Positions 52,916 through 61,500 of a DNA stretch of 64,000 bases are shown here, piece after piece. Every line of letters starts with the position of its first letter. Within the stretch, counting starts at the first letter, position 1. The position numbers were made by a program, and so were the translations under genes. The notes under the pieces were generated by a model, which had not been told where the DNA came from, ran no database searches, and saw only the letters and a list, made by a program, of their open reading frames with translations. Source of the stretch: Desulfovibrionaceae bacterium (GTDB lineage Bacteria > Desulfobacterota > Desulfovibrionia > Desulfovibrionales > Desulfovibrionaceae); the NCBI GenBank assembly GCA_963674955.2, contig CAXXKR010000004.1:1017804-1081803 (forward strand), in the 5' to 3' direction.

Positions 52916-54274
52916 CTATGGCGTGAGCCGCTCCACGGTATGCTCCAGCTGTCTGCCCAGCGGGGTCTGCATGGTTATCTCGCGCTCGACGTTGGTAATG
53001 CCCTTGAGCACGGTCGAATGCTTGCGTCCCAAGGCTTCGCCAATGTCTTTAAGGGAAAGTTCGGTATGTTTGCGGGCAAGGAAAAAAGCGGTGTTGCGGG
53101 CCAGGACTATCTGTTTCTTGCGGCTCTTGGATTTGAGCTGTTTTCTGGTCAGGTCGTAGCCCTTGCAGATGAATTCGATGATGTGTTCAAGGTCGGGGCT
53201 GGAATGGGCCAGAGCATAGTTGTCCAGCACTTCCCAAGCCAATTCCATGGATACCTTGTGGTTCAGAAGTTTGGCCTTGAGCACAAGATTGTTCAGACAG
53301 CTTTCCAACTGGCGGATGTCGGTGGTGATGCGCTCGGCCAAAAGGCTGGAGACGCTGTCCGGCACTTCCACGTTCAGGGCCTTTGCCTTGCGTATCAGAA
53401 TGCGCTTTCTCGTCTCATAATCGGGCCTGTCGATGACCGCCAGGAACCCGGAGGTGATGCGGGAAATGAGCTGGGAATCCAGTTTGGACAAATCCTTGGG
53501 CAGAAAGGAACTGGTCAGGACGACCTTGCAACCTCTGGCCTGCAGGGCATTGAGCGTGCCCAGAAGCTCATCCTGCATCTTTTCCTTGCCCTGAAAAAAA
53601 TGCACGTCCTCCAGAAGAAGCACATCCACGGCATCCCTGAACTCGGCCTTGAAACGGGGCACTTCCCTGGACTTGATGGCCAGGATCAGCCTGGTGGCGA
53701 ATTCCTCGGCCGTGAGGCAGGCGATGGAAAGACGGTCCTTGTTGCTGGCGGCCGTAAGCATGTGGCCGATGGATTGCAAAAGATGCGTCTTGCCCAGTCC
53801 GGGGCCGGAACTGAGAAACAGGCTGTCTGAAGGCAGGGAATCGCGACAAAGTCCCTGAGAGGCGGCGTATGCCAACTCGTTGCAGGGACCGACCACGAAA
53901 TCGTTGAAGGTGAAACGCCATTTGGCGCAACGCCTTCCATTGGGAACATGGACAATGGGCAGCCCAAGGGGGCGGGAAGATTCTTCGCCGGAAGGAATTC
54001 CCTTGCCAGCGACCTCAAGGGATTCTTCCTTTTCGATTTCGGAAGCGACGATCTCGATCTTGGGCTGTACTCCCAGGACCTGGGCGGCGGCCTCTTCTAT
54101 GGCCCCGGCCAAACGGTCCCTGACCCAGGAGGCCACGAATTCGTTGGGCGCATGCAGGGTCACCGACCGGCCATTGACCACGGCGCGCAATGGCTTGATC
54201 CAGACCTTGAATAGCCCGGGGTTTAGGCTCTTTTCGAGCGCCAGGAGTATGTCGTTCCAGCTGTCTTTAAGCAT
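52916..54274 (-). CDS. dnaA: Chromosomal replication initiator protein DnaA
   Basis: The four DnaA domains are visible:
- Domain I: WNDILLALEKSLNPGLFKVWIKPL.
- AAA+ module: Walker A LFLSSGPGLGKTHLLQSIGH, Walker B VLLLEDVHFF.
- Domain IV: IVLARNTAFFLARKHTELSLKDIGEALGRKHSTVLKGI.
The start is set at ATG 54274; the track ORF extends to 54376. Confidence 0.9.
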   Translation of the reverse strand: MLKDSWNDILLALEKSLNPGLFKVWIKPLRAVVNGRSVTLHAPNEFVASWVRDRLAGAIEEAAAQVLGVQPKIEIVASEIEKEESLEVAGKGIPSGEESSRPLGLPIVHVPNGRRCAKWRFTFNDFVVGPCNELAYAASQGLCRDSLPSDSLFLSSGPGLGKTHLLQSIGHMLTAASNKDRLSIACLTAEEFATRLILAIKSREVPRFKAEFRDAVDVLLLEDVHFFQGKEKMQDELLGTLNALQARGCKVVLTSSFLPKDLSKLDSQLISRITSGFLAVIDRPDYETRKRILIRKAKALNVEVPDSVSSLLAERITTDIRQLESCLNNLVLKAKLLNHKVSMELAWEVLDNYALAHSSPDLEHIIEFICKGYDLTRKQLKSKSRKKQIVLARNTAFFLARKHTELSLKDIGEALGRKHSTVLKGITNVEREITMQTPLGRQLEHTVERLTP

Positions 54275-54350
54275 GAGCAATGTGATAGACTGACCGCCAG
54301 CAAATGGGCAACTGTGGTATTCACCACGGACAGCTAGTCCGACAAAAACA

Positions 54351-54359
54351 TTATCTACA
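54351..54359 (+). promoter_or_regulatory. DnaA-box-like 9-mer upstream of dnaA
   Basis: TTATCTACA, one mismatch to TTATCCACA. It lies 77 nt upstream of the chosen dnaA start. Confidence 0.45.
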
Positions 54360-54376
54360 AGGCAACACCCTTTCAT

Positions 54377-54760
54377 TAAACATCTTTTCCAAAACCCTCA
54401 TTCAGTAAGACATTCTCATCATCGGTTAGCGGCTTAGAGCATTCAAGGCTTGGCAGTTGAGAACGCAAAATCTTTAAACAGTAGTTAAATTATTTTTCAA
54501 CACCCACTCAGTCCCGTTTTTAGTAAAAATGACCGATAATTTTATTTATCTCATTTGCACAAAAAATTTCTAGACAATTTTTTGGGAAATCGCCCTAATT
54601 TTGCAGACACCATAAACATAACATGCTGAAATAAAATTAATAACAGAAAACGAAGAAATCAATTTAAAAAAAAGTTTTACACAGCCAAATCAGTGCCAAG
54701 CCCGGAAGCCCTTTACTGACAGGCACTGGTTGCCTCTTGGATTAGAAACATCTTTTATTT
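54377..54760. other. AT-rich non-coding region upstream of dnaA (dnaA control region, possibly oriC-like)
   Basis: This is by eye the most AT-rich stretch of the window (e.g. AAATAAAATTAATAACAGAAAACGAAGAAATCAATTTAAAAAAAAG). Weak DnaA-box-like words are TTTTACACA (54675-54683) and ATTTGCACA (54553-54561). There is no credible ORF. Confidence 0.4.
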
Positions 54761-54855
54761 GAAAACCATGAGTATGGATTGCCCCCTTGACAAGGAAAAA
54801 CAATCGCTTGAAGCGTCGGCAAAACCCTTTAGTCCTGCCAGGAAGTTCCTGCCTT

Positions 54856-55584
54856 TCATTTCTCCAGGGGAGGATACTTGCCGCAAGTGAAGCGGGCCGA
54901 TTCCGGACAATATCCCAACTGTTCGCAGCGTGGACCGGCCACAGCGAACAGGGCCGGCAGCTTTTCCTTGCAGATGGCCAGCATCATGTCCGCCACCCTG
55001 CGCACTTCCCACTGGGCGCGGGAACAGCAGCGAAGATGAAAGAAGTGGTGCAGGCTGCGGCAGTTCATGGTTATGACGATCTTGGTCTCCGCGGCCTGGG
55101 GCAATACGAACCGGGCGTCCTCGTTGGCCTTGTTCTTCCTGCCGTTGGCCACGAGTATCCCCTTCAGATCGCGATAGGCGCTGCCGACCTCTTCCATGAA
55201 TGCCTCGAATCTCTCCCTGGCCTCGGGGATGCGGGCAATGGCCGGGGGCATGATGTAGTCCATGTCCGACTCGTCCACATAACGCTGGCTCTGCTGGGAG
55301 TAGGAGGCGATGCGGTGGCGCACGATCTGGTGCGAGCAGGCCCTGGAAACCCCCTCCACGGCAAAGGTGAAGGAGACGTGCTCGATGGGGCTGTCGTGAC
55401 CGGACTCCAGTACGTTTTCGACGAACCTGGCCTGATCCTCCATGGGCACCTCGCCCGCAAGAAGCTTGGGCCACATGTCGGCCACGAACCCGGCGTGATA
55501 GCACTGTCTGAAAGCGGCGTAGATCAATGAAAGGGCATCCGGCGTCATGGCCAGGAACTCGACCCTGGCTTCCTTTTGGGGCAT
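54856..55584 (-). CDS. thyX: FAD-dependent thymidylate synthase ThyX
   Basis: The ThyX motif RHRIASYSQQSQRY (RHRxxSxxxxSxR) is present, together with SPIEHVSFTF. Confidence 0.9.
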   Translation of the reverse strand: MPQKEARVEFLAMTPDALSLIYAAFRQCYHAGFVADMWPKLLAGEVPMEDQARFVENVLESGHDSPIEHVSFTFAVEGVSRACSHQIVRHRIASYSQQSQRYVDESDMDYIMPPAIARIPEARERFEAFMEEVGSAYRDLKGILVANGRKNKANEDARFVLPQAAETKIVITMNCRSLHHFFHLRCCSRAQWEVRRVADMMLAICKEKLPALFAVAGPRCEQLGYCPESARFTCGKYPPLEK

Positions 55585-55711
55585 CTCCTAACTCCGTGGT
55601 TTATTGATGTTCAACCAGTCGCTGACCGACTTTCTAAATTATTAGCACCCTTTTGTCATTCCCCGGCCCTGCGGCCTTGACCGCCGGCATGAGCGGACTT
55701 AGTTTTCGGGC

Positions 55712-56155
55712 ATGAACACGAAAGACCTGGTGGATATTCTCACCGCCTCAATCGCACCTTTTCTGCTTATCTCCGGAACCGGCCTGCTGCTCCTGTCCAT
55801 GACCAACAGGCTGGCAAGGCCCCTGGACCTCATCAGGCGGCTGCTCGGCGAGGCTGCAACGGCCCAAGGCAGAACCAGGCGCATGCTGTCCGAGCAGATA
55901 CGCATCCTGCACCACCGCTGCCGATTGATGCGCACGGCCATCGCCCTGGCCGTGGCCTCCATACTTTGCATCAGCGTCATGGTCCTGGTGCTTTTCTACA
56001 GTTTCCTCTTTGACCTGTCCTCGCCCTTTCTTGTGGAATCGCTTTTCACGGCCAGCCTGATCTGCCTTTTCAGCTCCCTGCTCTTCTTTCTCTGGGACAT
56101 CCGCATCATGCTCAACACGCTGAAAATCGAAATCGACCGCCACCTGGGGGCTTAG
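55712..56155 (+). CDS. DUF2721-like membrane protein
   Basis: It has two hydrophobic segments flanking a basic helix (LSMTNRLARPLDLIRRLLGE ... RILHHRCRLMR), a layout typical of DUF2721. Confidence 0.55.
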   Translation: MNTKDLVDILTASIAPFLLISGTGLLLLSMTNRLARPLDLIRRLLGEAATAQGRTRRMLSEQIRILHHRCRLMRTAIALAVASILCISVMVLVLFYSFLFDLSSPFLVESLFTASLICLFSSLLFFLWDIRIMLNTLKIEIDRHLGA

Positions 56156-56161
56156 CCCGGA

Positions 56162-56731
56162 TCACCTCCCGGCCAGCCCTATTCTTTCCAGCGCGTCCTT
56201 CAGCACCTGATCCAAGGGCTTGGCGCCCTGCAATACGAAATGGACCGAGGACATGAGCACTGGTTCCCGTGCTTCGTACAGATCGGACATAAGGGGCCGT
56301 CCCGTTTCCGGGTCCGAATCCATGCCCGGCACACGCCCGGCCAGGGTGGTAAAATCCACCATCAGATAAAAGCCCATGCCCTGCTCCCTTACGATCTCCT
56401 GGATTTCGCTTGAGAGTTCAAGGCCGTTTACGGCCACCACCTGCTTGCCCTTGGCTGCCAGTGAGGCCAGTTCCGAATGGTCCCCGCCGCCGAACTCGCT
56501 GAACTCCAGTCCAAGGCGCTCGGCCAGGGCCGCGCCAAGGCTGCTCTTCCCGGAACCGGGCAGGCCCAGGATAAAAACGTTGCCGGTTTCAAACCCCGCG
56601 GATTTGAAGTCGCTGGCCTTGCGTTTTCTTAGAACCTGTTTCCGGTCCATGTCCTGAACCTGAATCCTCTTGCGAATGAAAGTCATATACCCATGCTCCC
56701 TCTTGATTTTAACGGGCAATTGCCCGGACAC
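56162..56731 (-). CDS. P-loop NTPase, shikimate-kinase-like
   Basis: The Walker A context FILGLPGSGKSSLGAALAERLGLEF resembles AroK-family kinases. The rest is divergent and the start is uncertain. Confidence 0.4.
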   Translation of the reverse strand: MSGQLPVKIKREHGYMTFIRKRIQVQDMDRKQVLRKRKASDFKSAGFETGNVFILGLPGSGKSSLGAALAERLGLEFSEFGGGDHSELASLAAKGKQVVAVNGLELSSEIQEIVREQGMGFYLMVDFTTLAGRVPGMDSDPETGRPLMSDLYEAREPVLMSSVHFVLQGAKPLDQVLKDALERIGLAGR

Positions 56732-56869
56732 ATTGAAATTCTGTTAAATTGCCGTCCACCGGCTCCAAAACCCCGACCAAATCACTACAGTGATTTTAGC
56801 TTCAGGCGGAATCCTTATATAAAGGTGGTCGGCCCAAGACTCAAGGGCGGACATCCCCATGTCCGGCAG

Positions 56870-56907
56870 GGAGTTGTCCCGAACCCTTGCAGGTCCGGGA
56901 CAACTCC
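56870..56907 (+). other. 12-bp perfect hairpin in the leader of the membrane-protein gene
   Basis: GGAGTTGTCCCG (56870-56881), a 14-nt loop, then CGGGACAACTCC (56896-56907), followed by TTTATGTTTG. A smaller hairpin, GGACAT-CCCC-ATGTCC, lies at 56849-56864. Confidence 0.5.
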
Positions 56908-56955
56908 TTTATGTTTGCCAAGATAAATCAAATCAATATCCAGGAGAAATCGATC

Positions 56956-57735
56956 ATGAAAAAATGGTTGCTCATAGGTGTCGGCGCCGTAGTTCTCATC
57001 ATCATCACTTTGCTGATAGTCGGTCTTTCCAATCTCGGCCCCATCATTAAGAAGGCCGTGGAGACCGTCGGACCCAAGATGACCAAAACCGAGGTCAAAC
57101 TGGCCGATGTGGGCATCTCCATCTTCTCGGGCGAGGCCAAACTCAAGGGATTTGTCCTCGGCAACCCCAAGGGATTCAAGACCCCCACGGCCATGAAGGT
57201 CGGTTCGGTGTACGTGGACATAGACGAGGCCTCCCTGACCAAGGACGTGATCGTCATCGACAAGATCGAAATCTCTTCGCCTCGGATAACCTACGAGACC
57301 AAGGGGAAGACCGACAACTTCAAGACCATCCAGAACAACGTCACCAAGTCTTCCGGAGCAACCAAAGAAGCGGCCAAATCCGGAGACTCCTCCGGAGAGG
57401 GCGGCAAGGAAAAGAAGCTCATCATTAATCGCGTCGTCGTCACGGACGGCGAGATCACCCTTGCGGGAGGACTTCTGGGAGAAGGTGTGACCCTGCCCCT
57501 GCCTGACATCGAACTCACCGACATCGGCAAGGACAAAGGCGGAGCCTCTCCGGCCGAGGCTTTTTCCCAGATCTTCGGCTCCCTGGCCGACGGCATCGGC
57601 AGCGCCGTCACTTCCGGCCTCGACCTGCTCAAGGACGGCGCCGAGGCACTCCAGGAAGGCGTTGAAGGCGCAGGCAAGGAAGTCGAGGAAGGCGCCGAGT
57701 CCTTGACCAAAGGCGTGAAGAGTTTGTTTGAGTAG
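56956..57735 (+). CDS. Membrane-anchored hypothetical protein (259 aa)
   Basis: It has an N-terminal TM helix (MKKWLLIGVGAVVLIIITLLIVG), a beta-rich middle and a Gly/Glu-rich tail. The start is at ATG 56956 after AGGAGA. I recognise no family with confidence. Confidence 0.5.
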   Translation: MKKWLLIGVGAVVLIIITLLIVGLSNLGPIIKKAVETVGPKMTKTEVKLADVGISIFSGEAKLKGFVLGNPKGFKTPTAMKVGSVYVDIDEASLTKDVIVIDKIEISSPRITYETKGKTDNFKTIQNNVTKSSGATKEAAKSGDSSGEGGKEKKLIINRVVVTDGEITLAGGLLGEGVTLPLPDIELTDIGKDKGGASPAEAFSQIFGSLADGIGSAVTSGLDLLKDGAEALQEGVEGAGKEVEEGAESLTKGVKSLFE

Positions 57736-57761
57736 TCCGCACAAATCATACCGAAACGGCA

Positions 57762-57797
57762 AGGTCGCGTTCAATTGAGCGCGGCCTTTTTCTTTTC
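57762..57797 (+). terminator. Intrinsic terminator
   Basis: AGGTCGCG-TTCAATTGAG-CGCGGCCT followed by TTTTCTTTTC. Confidence 0.7.
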
Positions 57798-57899
57798 ACT
57801 CAATCAGCCGCAACTGATTTCTTGAAAATCAAGACACCACAAGGCGTTCACATCGCCAACCGCACGAATATTTATTCGCAAAAAAACAAAGGGCTTTCC

Positions 57900-57926
57900 T
57901 AAAGTTTTAACCGGGCCAGCCGATCA
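57900..57926 (+). promoter_or_regulatory. Sigma-28 (FliA) promoter for fliC
   Basis: TAAA (57900-57903), a 15-nt spacer, then GCCGATCA (57919-57926). The consensus is TAAA-N15-GCCGATAA. Confidence 0.75.
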
Positions 57927-57992
57927 GGACTATAACAAAGGACGGATTGCGTCGGAGGCCTATGCGCCCTCAGGACGAATCCATAAACATCA

Positions 57993-58026
57993 GGCACGGA
58001 TGCCGTAACGATTCAAGGAGGAAGAC
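57993..58026 (+). promoter_or_regulatory. Candidate CsrA-binding sites in the fliC 5' leader
   Basis: The hairpin GGCA-CGGA-TGCC (57993-58004) presents GGA in its loop. The SD region TTCAAGGAGGAAG (58012-58024) contains AAGGA. Further GGA motifs lie at 57940-57947 and 57973-57975. Confidence 0.5.
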
Positions 58027-58956
58027 ATGTCCCTCATTATTAACCACAACTTGATGGCCATGAACGTGTCCAGAAACCTGGGCAGGGCTTATTCGTCATT
58101 GGCTCAATCCACAAGGCGCTTGTCCTCGGGACTGCGCGTGGACAACGCTGCTGACGACGCCGCCGGTCTGGCAGTTCGCGAGCTCATGCGTGCGGAAGTA
58201 ACTTCTCTGCAACAGGGCATTCGCAACGCCAACGACGCCATTTCCCTCATCCAGACGGCTGACGGCGCTCTCAGCGTTATCGACGAAAAGCTGATCCGCA
58301 TGAAGGAACTGGCGCAGCAGGCCGCCACGGGTACCTACAGTTCAGACCAGCGTCTGATCATCGACTCCGAGTATCAGGCCATGGCTTCGGAAATCACCCG
58401 TATCGCCAACGCCACGGACTTCAACGGAGTTTATCTGCTCAACGGCGCCCTGGCTGCAAGCGGCGGCAACATGAACGCTCACAACGGACACGGCCTCAAG
58501 GCCAGCGGTCCGCTGAAGGTTCACTTCGGCACAGGCAACGACTCGGCCGAGGACTACTACTACGTGTCCATCGGCACCTCCACGGCTTCGGCCCTTGGCC
58601 TCGGCCATGACGCCGCCACCAAGACCGGAACCGGGGAAGCCGCTGTTGCCGGACAGAGCATTTCCACACAGTCCCTGGCCCAGGCCACACTGGACGCCAT
58701 CGGCAACGCCATTGTCTCCAAGGACAAGATTCGCGCCAACCTCGGCGCCCTGCAAAACAGGCTGGAAAACACCATTACCAACCTGAGCATCCAGGCCGAG
58801 AACACGCAGGCCGCCGAATCCCGCATCTCCGACGTGGACGTGGCAACCGAAATGACCGAATTCGTGCGTCAGCAGATTCTGACCCAGGCCGCAGTGGCCA
58901 TGCTGGCCCAGGCCAACTCCCTGCCGAGGATGGCCCTGCAGCTCATCGGCGGCTAG
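58027..58956 (+). CDS. fliC: Flagellin
   Basis: The conserved N-terminus is LIINHNLMAMNVSRNLG...RLSSGLRVDNAADDAAGLAV. The conserved C-terminus is LGALQNRLENTITNLSIQAENTQAAESRISDVDVATEMTEFVRQQILTQAAVAMLAQANSLP. Confidence 0.9.
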   Translation: MSLIINHNLMAMNVSRNLGRAYSSLAQSTRRLSSGLRVDNAADDAAGLAVRELMRAEVTSLQQGIRNANDAISLIQTADGALSVIDEKLIRMKELAQQAATGTYSSDQRLIIDSEYQAMASEITRIANATDFNGVYLLNGALAASGGNMNAHNGHGLKASGPLKVHFGTGNDSAEDYYYVSIGTSTASALGLGHDAATKTGTGEAAVAGQSISTQSLAQATLDAIGNAIVSKDKIRANLGALQNRLENTITNLSIQAENTQAAESRISDVDVATEMTEFVRQQILTQAAVAMLAQANSLPRMALQLIGG

Positions 58957-58989
58957 TAAACGAACAGAAACGAACAAAACTGATCAACC

Positions 58990-59027
58990 GGGAAAGCCGG
59001 ACCGGCGGTTGCCGGTCCGGCTTTCCC
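58990..59027 (+). terminator. Strong hairpin after fliC
   Basis: GGGAAAGCCGGACCGGC-GGTT-GCCGGTCCGGCTTTCCC, a 17-bp perfect stem, followed by ACTTTC (weak U-tract). Confidence 0.65.
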
Positions 59028-59034
59028 ACTTTCA

Positions 59035-59050
59035 TGGCACCAGCCTTGCA
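59035..59050 (+). promoter_or_regulatory. Sigma-54 (-24/-12) promoter upstream of fliD-fliS
   Basis: TGGCACCAGCCTTGCA is a perfect match to TGGCAC-N5-TTGCA. It ends 54 nt upstream of the fliD ATG. Confidence 0.8.
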
Positions 59051-59103
59051 GACATTATGAGCGAACAGCTACGCGGAAAAAATTTCCTGCCAAGGACTAG
59101 ACC

Positions 59104-60837
59104 ATGAGCACATATACATCAGGAGCAATTTCCTTCACAGGACTTGGAAGCGGTACGGACTTCGACACACTGATCGAAGGATTGGTAGAAGTTGAAAAGA
59201 CCCATACCTACCGCCTCGAGAGCTGGCGAAATACCTGGGATTTGAAAGTAGAGGCCTTTAAGGCCCTGAACACAAAGCTTTTGTCCCTCCAGACCACCCT
59301 TGAAGGCATGGACTCCATGAACGAGTTCCTGTCAAAAAGCGCTTCCAGTTCCGACTCCACGCTGCTTACCGCCACACCGGACAGCGATGCAAGCGAGGGA
59401 ACCTATAGCATAGAAATCAACCAGCTGGCCCAAAACAAAGTCATGGTCAACGACAACGGATTCAGCGCTATCACTAATTCGGTGAATTCCTCGGGCGGAG
59501 CGCTCGTCCTGGAGTACGAATACAAGGGCACGGACTACCAGATTTCCGTTGCCGACGGCACGACCCTGGACGGCCTGAAAAACCTAATCAACAACGACCC
59601 GGACAACCCCGGAGTGAGGGCCTCAATCATTTCGGACGGTTCCAGCTATTTCATGCAGCTCAAAGGCATGGATCTCGGAGTGGAATCATCTCTAATCATC
59701 GAAGCGGGTACTACCCTGACAAATTGGGACGCAGGAAACTGGACGACGACGCAGACAAACCAGAACTCGCAAATCAAGGTGGACGGCTGGCCCACTGGCG
59801 CAGGCAGTTGGATAAGCAACGCCAGCAACACCGTGACCAACGTCATTGAGGGCTTGACCCTGAACCTCAAGGACGAGGGTTCATCCCCGCCCACGGAGGT
59901 GACCATCACCGTGGACACGGATACCGAGACCATCAAGGAAAATATCAGAACTTTTGTCGCGCAGATGAACGAGGTGCGTTCAGCCATACAGACCCTGACT
60001 GAAGTGGATGAAAGCTCCGGCAACGTCTCGATGGCTACGGACAGCAGCTTGACCACCGAAACCAGCGGATCGATCCTGACGGGCAACTACGGAATCGAGT
60101 TTATTTCCCAAAACCTGAAGAACATGGTCGCGGACAAGGGGTTGGGCTTTGTCTACTACGACGACTCGACCGGCACAGGCGACCTGTATTCAGCGCTTTC
60201 CCACATTGGTATAATGACGGATGCGGAACAAGGTTCCGCCACATACGGACTTCTGAAAATTGACGAAGACGCGCTGGACGATGCCTTGGACGATCACCCG
60301 GATTTGGTCGCACAACTTTTTTCCGGGCAGTATGTCGGCAGCTCGGACAACGGTGACCTGTCCTACTACTCCTGCATTGAAGGAACTACAAAGGCCGGAA
60401 CCTACGAGGTCGAAGTAACTGTTTCCGGCGGGGCCATCACCAGCGCGACCATCAACGGCCATGCCGCCACGGTCAGCGGATGGGAAATAACCGGCGCGGC
60501 CGGTACGGATGAAGCGGGTTTAGCCGTTCAGGTGGACAACCATGCGGACGGCAACTATTCAAGCAACGTTTCCCTCAAGCTGGGCAAGATTCCACAACTC
60601 ATTGACCAACTGGAAGATTTAAACAGCACTTCCAGTGGACCCCTGCACATCCTGGAAGAAAACTACCTGGACATCATCGACCAGATCGATGAAAAAATCG
60701 CCTCCGAAGCCGTTCGCCTTGAAAAAATGGAAAGAACCTTGAAACTCAAATACGCCCGGCTTGAAGCGCTTCTCGGAGAATACGAAAACATCAACACCCA
60801 GCTGGGCAGCAGCATCAGCCAATTATCCAGTGATTAG
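59104..60837 (+). CDS. fliD: Flagellar filament cap protein FliD
   Basis: The N-terminus ISFTGLGSGTDFDTLIEGLVEVEKTHTYRLESWRN and the C-terminal coiled coil LEKMERTLKLKYARLEALLGEYENINTQL match FliD. Position between fliC and fliS fits. Confidence 0.85.
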   Translation: MSTYTSGAISFTGLGSGTDFDTLIEGLVEVEKTHTYRLESWRNTWDLKVEAFKALNTKLLSLQTTLEGMDSMNEFLSKSASSSDSTLLTATPDSDASEGTYSIEINQLAQNKVMVNDNGFSAITNSVNSSGGALVLEYEYKGTDYQISVADGTTLDGLKNLINNDPDNPGVRASIISDGSSYFMQLKGMDLGVESSLIIEAGTTLTNWDAGNWTTTQTNQNSQIKVDGWPTGAGSWISNASNTVTNVIEGLTLNLKDEGSSPPTEVTITVDTDTETIKENIRTFVAQMNEVRSAIQTLTEVDESSGNVSMATDSSLTTETSGSILTGNYGIEFISQNLKNMVADKGLGFVYYDDSTGTGDLYSALSHIGIMTDAEQGSATYGLLKIDEDALDDALDDHPDLVAQLFSGQYVGSSDNGDLSYYSCIEGTTKAGTYEVEVTVSGGAITSATINGHAATVSGWEITGAAGTDEAGLAVQVDNHADGNYSSNVSLKLGKIPQLIDQLEDLNSTSSGPLHILEENYLDIIDQIDEKIASEAVRLEKMERTLKLKYARLEALLGEYENINTQLGSSISQLSSD

Positions 60838-60864
60838 CGATAAAAGAACGGAGGTCATCAACTA

Positions 60865-61455
60865 ATGTCCCAAGCCGCAAAAGCCTATCTGGCGACTCAG
60901 GTCACAACAACGACCCAGGGCGACCTGCTGATCATGCTCTACGACGCGGCCATCAAGTTCCTGAAGCAGGCCATGGTCAAGATGGAGGAAAAGAACTACG
61001 CCGAAAAGGGCATCCTCATCTCCCGGGCCATCGACATCATTGCTGAGCTGGCCAATTGCCTGAACAAGGAAAAGGGCGGAGACCTGTCCGCCCATCTGAG
61101 CCAGATATATTTCTTTTGCAGCACGCAGCTTGCCAAGGCCAACCTGAAAATGAGCCCGGCCATGCTCCAGGAAGTCATAAATATCCTCAGCGGCCTGCGC
61201 TCGGCCTACGCGCAGATCGTTCCCGGACAGGAAGACGCGGCACCGGCCTCCACAACCGCCGCGCCAAAGGCCCAGCCCAAAAATCCAGTTCAGGAATCCA
61301 CTGTTCCCCAAGGCCCGGCAGCTCCCCTGTATTCGCCGAACATGACCCAGTCAGCCATGCAACCGAGCGCCAAGGAGAAAACGGGACAACCCGTCACCAC
61401 CAAGGCCGGGTTCGACAGGAAAAGGGCCGCCAACGCCTATTCCAGCCTCAAGTAA
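60865..61455 (+). CDS. fliS: Flagellar export chaperone FliS with extended C-terminal tail
   Basis: YLATQVTTTTQGDLLIMLYDAAIKFLKQA ... AIDIIAELANCLNKEKGGDLSAHLSQIYFFCSTQL is the FliS four-helix core. About 70 extra Pro/Ala/Gln-rich residues follow. Confidence 0.8.
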   Translation: MSQAAKAYLATQVTTTTQGDLLIMLYDAAIKFLKQAMVKMEEKNYAEKGILISRAIDIIAELANCLNKEKGGDLSAHLSQIYFFCSTQLAKANLKMSPAMLQEVINILSGLRSAYAQIVPGQEDAAPASTTAAPKAQPKNPVQESTVPQGPAAPLYSPNMTQSAMQPSAKEKTGQPVTTKAGFDRKRAANAYSSLK

Positions 61456-61500
61456 CCGGGGCGCAATTTACTTATCGTCCAGGTTGTGGCACCTTGCGCC

